A model generated the notes under the pieces. The model searched no databases. It worked only from the letters and a program-made list of their open reading frames with translations, and was not told the origin of the DNA. The translations under genes were made by a program, and so were the position numbers. 64,000 bases of DNA from Octopus sinensis. Its lineage: Eukaryota. This document shows, piece by piece, positions 24,306 to 35,110 of the stretch. The stretch spans positions 124,001-188,000 of the forward strand of contig NW_021832125.1 in the NCBI RefSeq assembly GCF_006345805.1, given 5' to 3'. Within the stretch, counting starts at the first letter, position 1, and the number at the start of each line of letters is the position of its first letter.

Positions 24306-26361
24306 CAGTGATTCTCAAGCTTTTTTGCTCAGGGGCCGCAAATTAAAAAAAAAAATTTACAGGGGCCGCAAATAATTTTTAAGAATTATTTATTAACCAA
24401 ATAATCAAAATTAGGTTTAATTCTACTTGTTGAAGTACGTAACAAATCACTCAGATGAGTATCAGTCAATCTGCTGCGAAACTTTGTTTTAATTCGAACG
24501 AGTTTACTAAATGTCGATTCGCAGACATATGTTGATCCAAACATTGCTAAATTTTTCTTTGCATTATTGACTAAATTCGGAAATCGGTTCTCTGGAATTC
24601 TCGAATAAAAGTCAATTATTGAAATGTTGTTGAACAAACTTTTCAGTTCAACATCATTTTGCAAATCAATCAATTCCAGTTGGTAAATCCCGGAAACCTC
24701 CTCACTTTTCATAATTAATGGAGATGCAAATAATCTCATTGAATTTGCACCTTCTTTAAAGCTCTGTCAGCTTAAATTAAATACTAAAAACCTGAAATCT
24801 TGCATCAAATTGCAAATTTAAATCTTCAATTATTTTTAAATATTTATCAGTTGAGCCACTTTCGGAATTTTCTGACAAATAAGGAAAATGTGTGTAATCA
24901 TTATTTGATATCTGCGCTTTCCATAAAATTAATTTCTTAACGAAGGCATTTATATATCCATAAATTTGATAATTTAGCTTATTTTCCCCTTGTAGTTCGA
25001 CATTTAGGGCAGACAGATGCACCGATAGATCCACATAAAATGCTAAATCTGCTACCCATCTATTGTCTTTCAATAATGCATTGTCCACTTTATTTTCAGT
25101 GAATAAAATAATTTCAGGGAGAAGTTGATAAAATCTAAATATAAAAGAAATTAACCTTTTGAGACAAGAGCTACGGCTTAACCATCTTACTACTGAGAAA
25201 AGAAGGACATCGCCATAATCCGAATCGGTTTCAGTTAAAAATGTTTTAAATTTTCGGTGATTCAAGGCGTTCGCCCGAATCCAATTGACAATTTTTATCA
25301 CTACTTCAGAAACATTTTCCATTTTAATATTTTTGGAAATTAGGTTTTCCTGATGAATAATGCAATGATGCCATAATACTGGAGTCCAGTTATTATCACA
25401 CCTCCATTTATTCATACGTCCACGAAAACCAGTTTTACTGCCAATCATATAAGGGGCTCCATCAGTTGAAATTGAAACTAATTTTTTTGGATCCAGTTGA
25501 TAATCTTCAATTAATTTCACAATTGGAGAAAAAATCTGTGTTCCTTTAGTTTCTCCGTGAAGTGAATTCAATGAAAAAAATTCTTCGTATACTCGAAAGT
25601 CAGATTTTACTCCCCTTATAAACACTACTAATTGTTCGATATCTGAAATATCTTTGGAACAATCAAGCGCAAAAGAATAATATTGAAAATCTTTACAAAT
25701 TCTAAAAATTACAAAACAATTTGCATACTGTAAAAGTTCGTTAATCAGATTATCAGATATATCACTGACTCTTCTAGTAACAGTATCGTTACTTAGAGGT
25801 AACTTGTGTGCAATATCGAAAACAGCGGGCGAACAACATTCCGATGCAAATATTTCGATTGCCGTTTTATATAATTCGCCATCAGAATAAGGCTTCATAT
25901 TTTTAGCCAATAGGTAACTAATTTTGTATGATGCCAGGTTAATATTAGACGAATATGTGCCACTTTTGAAAGTAAATGATCGTTTTAAATAATCTTCTTT
26001 CATTTGTTTTAGTTTTTTCGTCCGAGAAACTCCAGTGAATTTGTCATAAAGAATAGAGTGGAAACGGTAGTGCCGTTCGATTGTATACGTTTTTAGAGTT
26101 GCAATAATAGAATGGCATATTAGGCAAAGAGCCTTTCCATTGATCTCAATAATGAAATATTTTTCTTCCCAGATGTGTTGAAAAATCCTATTTTCCTCGG
26201 AAAGTTTTCGACAACGTTTAGAATCAGACATCACAACAACAAATAAAAAACGTGACATTTTTTTATTCATAAAATTTAAAAATATTAAATTAAAAAATAA
26301 AACATTTATAAAACCTAGGGGCCGCAAATTAAATCCTAGGGGCCGCACTTGAGAATCTCTG
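24306..26361 (-). mobile_element. Complete Buster/SPIN (GTF2IRD2-like) hAT transposon, apparently intact
   Basis: TIRs CAGTGATTCTCAAG / CTTGAGAATCTCTG; perfect TSD AGCTATTA; subterminal GGGGCCGCA repeats. Confidence 0.93.
24386..26231 (-). CDS. Spliced hAT transposase, 589 aa (introns 25702-25728, 25135-25155, 24764-24791)
   Basis: BED-like finger (CLIC...RHYRFH), then ALD, TDGAP, CIIHQE, RWLS and GSTYVCESTFS. Removing the 27, 21 and 28-nt GT-AG introns gives 590 codons with no internal stop. Confidence 0.85.
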
Positions 26362-26784
26362 AGCTATTACATAATGCTATTACATAATGCAAATCATTTT
26401 GGGCGTGATCGGATGTTAACCCTAAATATCAGAGAAATGAGAAAAGAAGTGTTAGAGAACATACAAAAAGCTGGAGAAAATATGAAGAGGAAAAGAAGGT
26501 GGAAATTCGATGAAGAGGAAATAAATATTAGTGATCAGGTGATATTGAAACCTGACTTTGATACAAATGTATCAACAAGAAAATATCCTCTTTATGATAA
26601 CGTTGTCTCTGAAAAGTTTTGGATTGTTGAAAAGGAAGAACAGAATTATACACTATCAAAAGGAGAATTAATTAAAAATGTACACAGATCTAGGTTAAAA
26701 AAATTGTAATTTTTACTTTTTGTTACTAATAAGAAAACATAACTTTAACTTAAATTAAGATTTTAGTGTTAGGGTTAAAATTTT

Positions 26785-26878
26785 GTTTAGGGTAAAGGAG
26801 AAAATGTTTAGGGTTAGGGTTGAAATTTTGTTTAGGGTTAAGGAGAAAATGTTTAGGGTTAGGGTTGAAATTTTGTTA
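26785..26878 (+). repeat. 45-bp tandem repeat (about 2 copies) rich in TTAGGG
   Basis: Unit TTTAGGGTTAAGGAGAAAATGTTTAGGGTTAGGGTTGAAATTTTG, inside the Ginger-like element. Confidence 0.8.
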
Positions 26879-27105
26879 GTTGAGATTAAGATTTTCATAA
26901 TTAAAATTAAATTAAGTTTTTTTATGGTTTGGACAACTATTAAAAATAGGGGTTTTAAAATTAAATTAAAAATTAGGGTGTTTTAGAATTAGGATTTTGG
27001 GTGTTAAGGCTATTATTAGAATGTATATGTGTTAGGGTTATATTTTTAAAATTTTTAATTAATAGAATTATATTTAGTCTTTAATTTTTTAGAATGGAAG
27101 ACCAA

Positions 27106-27131
27106 TCTTAATAATAAAATGGTATGGTGTG

Positions 27132-27166
<35 letters not shown>

Positions 27167-29591
27167 GTGTGCACGCCAACTTCAAATTGACAAAGTACAG
27201 ATAAATTGTCAAAATCTTTCCCCCTTAGCCAATAATGGGGAACAAGCTTAAAATCATGAACTCCTCCAAGAATCTTCCACTCTACGATGTCCTCGACTTA
27301 CATGATGAGGTCCTTAAAACCTTCCCCCCCAAAAAAATTAAAAAAAATTTTCTGCATTTTGGTTAAAATGAACAACTACGATGTCCTCGACTTACATGAT
27401 GAGGTCCTTAAAACCTTCCCCCCCAAAAAAATTAAAAAAAAATTTTCTGCATTTTGGTTAAAATGAACAACTACGATGTCCTCGACTTACATGATGAGGT
27501 CCTTAAAACCTTCCCCCCAAACAAAATTAAAAAAAATTTTCTGCAGTTTGGTTAAAATGAACAACTACGAAGTCCTCGACTTACATGATGGGGTCCTTAA
27601 AACCTTCCCCCAAAAAAAATTAAAAAAAAATTTTCTGCATTTTGGTTAAAATGAACAACTACGATGTCCTCGACTTACATGATGAGGTCCTTAAAACCTT
27701 CCCCCCAAACAAAATTAAAAAAAATTTTCTGCAGTTTGGTTAAAATGAACAACTACGAAGTCCTCGACTTACATGATGGGGTCCTTAAAACCTTCCCCCA
27801 AAAAAAAATTAAAAAAATTTTCTGCATTTTGGTTAAAATGAACAACTACGATGTCCTCGACTTACATAATGAGGTCCTTGAAACCTTCCCGCCAAAAAAT
27901 CAAAAAATTATTTTCTGCATTTGATTAAAATGAACAACGTTAATGTCCTCGACATTCATGATGAGGTCCATTAAAACCTTCGAGGCAAAAATCTCACGTA
28001 TTAAGAATATCCTTGATGAAAACGACAGCGAGAATATTAACACTGATGAACTCCTAATTATTCGCGAGAAAGAAATTCAATTCATCCTATGTTTTTCTCT
28101 TTAAAATTAAATGCATATATCATTATCGACATGAATCAAAATTAAAGCTATTATCATATTTGACTTTGACAGAATGTGCAATTACAGATTGCACGACTTT
28201 GAATAGAGTATGCAATTAACAGATTTTGAAAAACCACTTTGATAGTTGAAACCACATTAGCACAATCATTAACACAATTTACCACCAATTGACGCACGAC
28301 CTTGAATAGAGTGTGCAATTAACAGATTTTGAAAAACACTTTGATAGTTGAAACCACATTAGCACAATCATTAACACAATTTACCACCAATTGACAGCGC
28401 CATCAGAAGAATTTGCGTAAAAATATTAACTATTTAGTTAAGTTTTTCGTAAAGCTAGAATTTATTTTCGGTATGCCTCTTTTCCTAAACTTTTTTATTA
28501 TTCAAAAATAATTTTTTCAATAGATAACCGAAGGAGGGAAGACGACCTTAAGAAAAGAAGTTTTTCGTAAAGATAGAATTTATTTTCTGTATGCCTCTTT
28601 TTTCCTAATATTTTTTATTATTCAAAAATAATTTTTTAAATAGATAACCGAAGGAGGAAAAACGAAGCTGAAGAAAAAACGGTCAGCTTAAGGTAATTAA
28701 TTAAATCTTTTTTGTGTGTCGCTTTTTTGGCTGCTGCTACTCTGCCTGCCGCATCTCCGCCTGCCCCATTTCCGCCAGTGGTTTGTCTAATCAAGGTCAC
28801 TAAGCTAAATCTCCGGACTATAAAGGCTCTTAAGCATTATCTTAATTGGCTGTTAAAAAAATTAGACAGGTTGTTGCCGTGGCGGCAGAGATTTTTTTTG
28901 TTTATACTATTTTACAAATTTTTAAATTTTTTTTTATTTTTTTGTTTTTAAATTATTTATTTTTATTTGTTTTTTTTTTTTATTTTTTTTGTTATTTTCT
29001 AAAAATTCAACCGGATTGAATTTTTAAACTCCTTAGATCCCTCTGGAATGCCGAATCATCTTTTAAAGTTAAAGATAGGCGTTCCAGTGGTTTTATTACG
29101 AAATCTTGCGCCACCTAAATTATGCAACGGAACCAGGTTAGTTATCAAAAATTTGATGGCTAACGTAATAGAGGCGACGATATTAACAGGTAAGTATAGA
29201 GGTGGGGATGTTTATATTCCACGAATTCCGATAATTTCTGATGAATTACCATTTAGATTTAAAAGGCTGCAATTTCCTTTGAGGATGAGTTTTGCAATGA
29301 CAATAAACAAGGCCCAGGGACAGTCATTAAAGGTAGTTGGGTTATTTTTAGAGAGTGAGTGCTTTTCACATGGACAGCTGTATGTGGGATGCTCGAGGGT
29401 AGGCAGAAGAGAAAATTTATTCATATATGCCAAGGAAGGACGGACGACAAACATCGTTTATCAACAGGCGATAGAATAGGGTTACATTAAACCAGGTAGT
29501 TTTATACATCTACATAAACTTATAGTTGTTTGATGAAACAGGCCCTCCGCAGGAGCTAGGTCGCGGTGAGCGAAGCGAGCTGCCGAGCTAG
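27106..29591 (+). mobile_element. Non-autonomous Helitron with both ends (copy 1), carrying a PIF1-like helicase C-terminal fragment
   Basis: 5' A^TC, a (CTGT)n microsatellite, a 3' GC-rich hairpin containing GCGAAGC, and a CTAG^T end. ORF 29048-29479 has [31 protein letters not shown] and FSHGQLYV. Confidence 0.92.
27282..27990 (+). repeat. About 94-bp minisatellite, about 7.5 units, inside Helitron copy 1
   Basis: Unit starts at 27282, 27376, 27471, 27565, 27659, 27753 and 27846, plus a degenerate last unit. Confidence 0.92.
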
Positions 29592-30329
29592 TTTTTAAAT
29601 AAATATCGTAACGGCAGCGCTGTAATTATCAAATTTATTGATTGGTTGGTTTGTGCATACTTCCATTTTTTAAAAAACACAATGAAATCAAGAAAAAACT
29701 ATACAAAAGTATAATTTAACATTAACTAATATATTTTTAGTGGAATAAAAATTTTATTATTGATTTTTTTTTTCGGTCCAAAATAAAACCTGGTCCAAAA
29801 TAAAACCTGTGACATTGTTTAATATGCATTTATTTATAATATACATTTCTTAAACCCAGACATCACAAAGTGTGACTAACCACGCTGTTAAAATTAATAT
29901 ACTTTTGGGTAAGCCATTTTTAAAAAATAATTCAAATGTAATTTTAAATTAGAATAATTGATTAATCTACACTCTTCCATATATAAATTGCTATATTCAA
30001 TATTTAATACCTTTTCTGCGGTTTCTATAGAAACACGTAAAAGGACTGGCTGCCCATTGCGACATAGTCGCCCATGTGACATAATAAAATATAGTTAAAA
30101 AATCATTTAAATTATTATTTATTTACTATTATTAATTTTTAACTTTTTTAACTTAGTTCGCCCTAATGATGAGATTTATATGCAGAATTTGTGAATTTCT
30201 ATTTCATTTCCCAAATCTGTAAAGAGAAATTATTTTTAAATAGAAAAGAGAAATTATTTTTAAATGGGAAGAACTTTAGTCGACTTAAAGCTGAATAACA
30301 TGTCCGTACCCTTCTACAGGAGTCAGACG

Positions 30330-30620
30330 TTCCTAGGGGGTAACCCTCGACATACACCTCTGTTTCGCCCCACATGCGGACAACCTCCTTCGCAAATGCA
30401 AAAAAATTGAACATCCTACGAACTCGGAATATGGAAAAACAGGTCGCACCCGGTACTGAAAAATATCTACCACCAGTACTTTGAACCTTGTATTACCTAC
30501 GCCTGCGGATCATGGGGTCCGCGGTTATCTTGGTTCAACAGGAGGCGAATCGAGGAGGCCCAACAAAGGGCCCTCAGATTAACCGATCGTTAGTCGCATG
30601 ATAGCCAACGTCCCGGTCCA
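30330..30620 (+). mobile_element. Degenerate LINE post-RT fragment (L2/Jockey/I-like)
   Basis: Manual translation across frameshifts: LGVTLDIHLCF..H, LKNIYHQYFEPCITYACGSW and RRIEEAQQRALR. Confidence 0.55.
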
Positions 30621-31085
30621 GCTTCTCTGGAAGACCTCATCAAGCTGAACCTCGGCCCGTCAGCGAATGCTCCGCCAAAAACGGCCTGCGCCCGGTGCGA
30701 TCTTGTGTGGGCTCGTGGAAAGATCATCGGGCGAAGATGAGGTCCATGGTCAAGTGCATCGGGATCACGTGACTTTTGTTTTTGTCTTTTACCGTGGTCT
30801 TGGCGGCTAAATAAATAAATAAAGTTACAAAATCGGGTTCAACTGTTGGAAGACTAAGAATTTTCTCCATTGGGATTTCGAATTTGAATAGCGTCGAAAT
30901 TCCCAAAAGAGTACATTATTGTTAATTAGAATGATCGCAATTTATTGAATTCTGTTGACATGTGTTACAAATTGTGTTATATTTAATTACAAAAATATTT
31001 AGCATATTTTAAAATCCATAGGAACTCTAACAAAACAAAAAATTATCATCATTAATTATATTGTATTTGGAAACGTCACAATTAA

Positions 31086-32624
31086 ATGAACTGCACTTTA
31101 TCTCAGGTTTTTCGAGACGTTAAAATGTTCAGTCATTGGACAAAAGTACTTGGTACAAAAAAATGTTTGGGGTAATGCATATTTCTCAAGAAAATATAAA
31201 AAGTTTATAACGTAACTAAAAGAATTTTAGAAAGAAACAATACGGACATCTCCGAAAATAGCATTGACAAAATTTTAAACTTTTCACGAACGTCCAATAT
31301 AGGATCATCAAAAACTAATTTCGTTGAAAACTCACAAATTTATGAAAATATGGCAAAAAATGTCAAGTTCCACATAAAGTAACAGCTGTCATTTTTTACA
31401 TTCCTATGCTTTGCAAATTGTTCAATCGATTTAATATTCACTGCGGCTTGGCATCATTTGATTAAATCGAGTGCAACGTTGCGTAGTGCGATTAGTTTAT
31501 TAGTGGTGGAGTTTAAATTTAGCCCATTCATATGAGTATTGATGAGTGCTGAACAATATATAATTATTCTCCATTTGTTATAGACCGTGTGAAATGAAAA
31601 GAAAATTTTTTCAACCAAAAACACACTTCGAACCTCCGGAAACCATTCGAAATAGTCGACCTTGTCTCATTTCCGAAAAAAACCAGTATTGCCTTTTAGA
31701 AAAAAGTTCAACGCTCAGAGCAAATCAGTATTCAAACCATTCAATTGACGAATACGAATCTATCAATACAAACACAATGCACATGGAAAATCCATGCTCT
31801 AGGTAAATAGATAAGTAAAATATCGACAGAGACTTGAATTTTATGCCGAAAAAAAAAACCATCCATGAGGGCGGTAGAACGAAATTTAACTATCAACCAC
31901 AAAATCTGAAATCTAAAACGAATATAAAAGAAAGTACAACATTTGCAGAAGTGAAATATCCCTTTGTCGCAGAACACCCTCAGTGTGGACTTTTGTTTTG
32001 AAAACATAGAGAAATGTCTCTTAAGTCGGGGGAAATTGTTAAAATAATTCAACCCGTGGACAACTACTGGCTTCGGGGGATGAATGACCGTCAGTGCGGG
32101 ATCTTTCCCACAAACAGAGTAAAGGTGACAATCAGATCATCACACTTAGGTTATCAATACTCCCGAAAGACGTCGAGTCATAGCTTTATACACTTTTCGT
32201 GCAGAAAGTCCTACAGAATTATCTTTTCGAAAAGTTTCGCATGGCTTTTTAATACTTAAGGGGGATATATTAAGTAATGTTTGTTATTTTAACGAGCATT
32301 GGCTTGAAGGAGAAAAAGACGGGCTTCGAGGACTTTTTCCTAAAATTTTAGTCAAAAATGATGATTTTGAAATTATTTCTACCCACAAGTCAGAACCCAT
32401 GCGCAACCCTTGTTTACCAAAACCAACGTGAGATGAGAAATATTAGTCAACATAGACATAAAGTCATTTACGAGTACGAAACGACGGACTTTGACGAACT
32501 CGACATCGTGGTAGGGGAGCTGGTTACTGTCCTTGAACGCTTCAACGACGGTTGGTGCTACGGGGTTTCTCACAAAACGGGAAGCATTGGAGTTTTTCCT
32601 GGCACCTGTCTTAAAGTGATTTAA
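31086..32624 (+). CDS. SORBS/CAP/vinexin-family adaptor with a SoHo-like motif and three C-terminal SH3 domains (about 381 aa, nine exons)
   Basis: LDKSTWYKKMFGVMH resembles the sorbin motif (DWYKTMFKQIH); three SH3 cores (YWLRG..GIFP, HWLEG..GLFP, DGWCYG..GVFPG). Introns of 26, 28, 205, 27, 27, 25, 27 and 28 nt give a 382-codon frame. Confidence 0.85.
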
Positions 32625-33281
32625 TATATTTTGTAACTGCTTTACTTTATTATTTGTATGCCTTTATTTATATTGTACTCGAAGTAAGCTAACTCAAACA
32701 CGTAAAATTAAGTAGATCCAAACCAATGCATCCTAAAGGTCTACTGATTGCTATCCCTCTATATGTGCATTAAAACTTAATGGTTATCTGTTTATAAATA
32801 TTATTAAAATTAATTATAAAACGTTTTAGCACGAGAGGATTTTTTATTAGGTGATCGATGGATAACTTTTTTGAAGGAACAGAGAAACTTATCTTGAGAG
32901 GTTCATCTCGCGTTGTTGCATGCTAGATCTTGCATAGGACAAATGCTTGCAAATGCAAATTACATGATTCTCAACTTCCAGCGATTCAAAAACATCGACA
33001 CATTCTTAACCTAGTGCCCTCATTTCAGTGAAAGCGGCTTATTTGTTATCAAAGAACGGATCATCCTTAAAATATGTGGAAAACTGTTTTCTTCAACTGG
33101 ATTCCACAATTTCTAGGTTTTGCTCGATTTTGGGGGGGTTGAACCTTGGTTGTTTAGGAGCACATTTACGGATGTCATCGAATACAGGCGATGTGATGCC
33201 CCCCGTGCTATTCTCGACGATTCTCACTTTTCATTTGCTTACTATAAACAACTAAAGTAGATTATTTCGATATAATTTGTA

Positions 33282-34400
33282 TTATCGACAAGCACATTTT
33301 GTGACAACCGCGTCAAAATATCTATGTAAAAAATGCCTATCTTCCCCATCGCTAAAAAGAATGTCAATGTGCTTATATTCGTAGGGCACACAACTGGGAG
33401 GTGGAAAGTTGTTCGCCAAATAATCGTCTTGAATGGTTCCAAAATGACACAAAAATTGTGAATGGATAGTCGGACGCTGATAATTTGATAGACTAAATCC
33501 GCATGTTCCCTCACAATAGTTGAGATAGAATCCCCTGGGCATCAAAACATATTTCTATAGGTTACGTGAGAAATATAACCCCCCAATCAAAATTGTCAAA
33601 ATTTATGTAGTATGAAAATAGACGACATTTTTCGTATTCATAAGACATAACTTTGTAGAATAATTAACAAACATACCCACGTGACGTCTCCGCTTAAGTC
33701 TGGGGAGCATTTGGGCTGTTGAATCATCCTCGAACAATAAATTTTGAAGAAATGTCAGTCCAAAGTAAATAGCCAGTAAAGGACGGTGCTCAGGGCTGCT
33801 TTCTTTAGTAACGATTATGTCTTTAAGGTGTCTTGGAGACATAAAGTCTTTAATTTGAACATCAAATGCTGTACCTTCTAACACTACTCGGATATCTACC
33901 ACAAATTCTGAAAAACGACGAGAAGGAACATTGTCTAACAGTTCTTTGATGTCCACGTACATCCATTGATTGGAAGGATCCGTACTATTCTGTTGATAGA
34001 TGGGTCGAAGGTTGAGAGTCCCAATGTAATATCTAAGCCAATTAGCGCAGTTAGTACTGGCGAGCATGCAGTTCATCTTTTCCAGCGTAAAAAGTGAGTC
34101 TGATTTGGAGCTCGGATTCAAGGTTCGTAGGTATATTTGAAATGTTCAGATAAAGGTGAAGAATGGCTGTGTTTATTTCCCCTGTTGAAGCAAAAACGTG
34201 GTCCCCCAAGTTGAAGGTTAGGCCTCCACGAGTTCCTGAGGATTGAAGATTTTAAAAGTGCCTGTACATGGAATAACCACCATCCCAGACGAAAGGTCAT
34301 CTTTGTAAAACATCCTCGTTTTGGTTACGTTGTGCAGGTTCAGAGACCTTGTGTGTGCATTGAGTACATTACTTGCACATACCAACAGGAGGCATAACAT
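33282..34400 (-). CDS. TGF-beta superfamily (BMP/GDF-like) ligand precursor, about 338 aa, five exons
   Basis: Hydrophobic N-terminus; prodomain motifs (LTFNL..TAILHLY, QWMYVDI, RPLLAIY); furin site RLKRRR; cystine knot CRLFSYYINF..W..PRGFYLNYCEGTC..SCVP..CACR. Introns at 34236-34261, 34033-34057, 33651-33676 and 33555-33579. Confidence 0.93.
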
Positions 34401-34439
34401 TTGAAATTGTCTTGATTACCTATTTTTTATACTAATAAA

Positions 34440-34800
34440 TTACAAATTATTTATTATTATGCAATTCACGCGAAATCAAAAGGTTAGCTAAGATTTCACG
34501 TCTGCCATGTGACTCAAGATACGCTCTGTTAGTGGTTTCCACCATCCCCTGTTTTTTGCAAGATCTCTCAGGTCCTCCAGATCATTCATCGATTTCAGTT
34601 TTCTTCAAATTTTTTTGAGTTCATGGTCCAGCGTGGTCGATAATGTTGTTCTTTGTCGGCCCCGATGTGTTATATTGTTTGATAAGCAGAAGTAAGATTA
34701 CATGGCCTGAATACCCGGAGTCATTTGCGACGTTCTTAAGATATGTCTAAAGAGCTGCCATTTCATGGCCATCACTTTATTTGGTTTACAACCAAAGACC
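34440..34800 (-). mobile_element. Degenerate 3' fragment of the RTE family seen at 1-780
   Basis: WQLFRHILR...GRQRTTL...DLEDLRDLAKNRGWW with stops; (TAA)n-like tail at about 34445-34460. Confidence 0.75.
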
Positions 34801-34869
34801 ATTCATTCAGCGAGTGAGGAATCACTCTTAGTCTTAGTAAGTTTTCAACTGAATTCTGGTCTCAAATCT

Positions 34870-35110
34870 GATGATATGGTGCGTGCTAACTTGCCCATCC
34901 GTTATGAGGGCATCGGTATTCGCTCTTGCCGCGACTTATCCCTTCCGTGTTACCTATCATCGTTGTCCGCTTCCACTAATTTCGTCAACTCTGTTCTTTT
35001 TCCATTTTCTGAACAGTGCGAGTTGTTGGAATATGCGGCTGGTGTCAACGTGTGAGTTTCTCGGGGGCTTAAAGTCCCGGACATTCCGTCGGCTCAAAGG
35101 AACTGGGACA
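34870..35110 (+). mobile_element. Isolated CRE post-RT fragment
   Basis: RANLPIRYEGIGIRSCRDLSLPCYLSSL matches QCKLPTRIGGTGLRSALDFAFPAYLSSL of the long CRE ORF. Confidence 0.7.

Larger units (their letters stand above)
23897..29814 (+). mobile_element. Ginger-like DNA transposon (Gypsy-integrase related), internally deleted, carrying a nested hAT and a Helitron
   Basis: About 41-bp imperfect TIRs starting TGT and ending ACA; 5-bp TSD TTGTT; integrase N-terminus (FYFVDEKAYF...LLHNANHFGRDR) joined directly to a C-terminal segment (26374-26709) with no DDE core. Confidence 0.62.
18530..30164 (-). mobile_element. Fragmented DUF659/CGGBP1-like hAT hosting nested insertions; 5' terminus at 30164, 3' end missing
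   Basis: Transposase pieces are collinear after removing the inserts: YCRLC...HRSSQKH (about 22.85 kb), AFIKSDIPLNKL (about 22.66 kb), FAIADE (across 19300/21490), SDAANYM and TRWGSWLKAA. A TAGGGC terminus at 30164 and the TTTTAACTTTTTAAC motif on both sides of the Ginger insertion support the 5' end, which is the less certain part. Confidence 0.7.

Noticed and set aside
26785-26878. True telomere or chromosome end
   Set aside because: The TTAGGG motifs are interspersed within a 45-bp unit inside a transposon and do not form a pure array.
27282-27990. Possible CRISPR array
   Set aside because: The whole 94-bp unit repeats with no unique spacers, there are no cas genes, and the context is a eukaryotic Helitron.
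32860-33240. Minus-strand reading frame with several stops between the SH3 and TGF-beta genes
   Set aside because: It could be a decayed coding fragment, but I recognise no family and cannot support a call.
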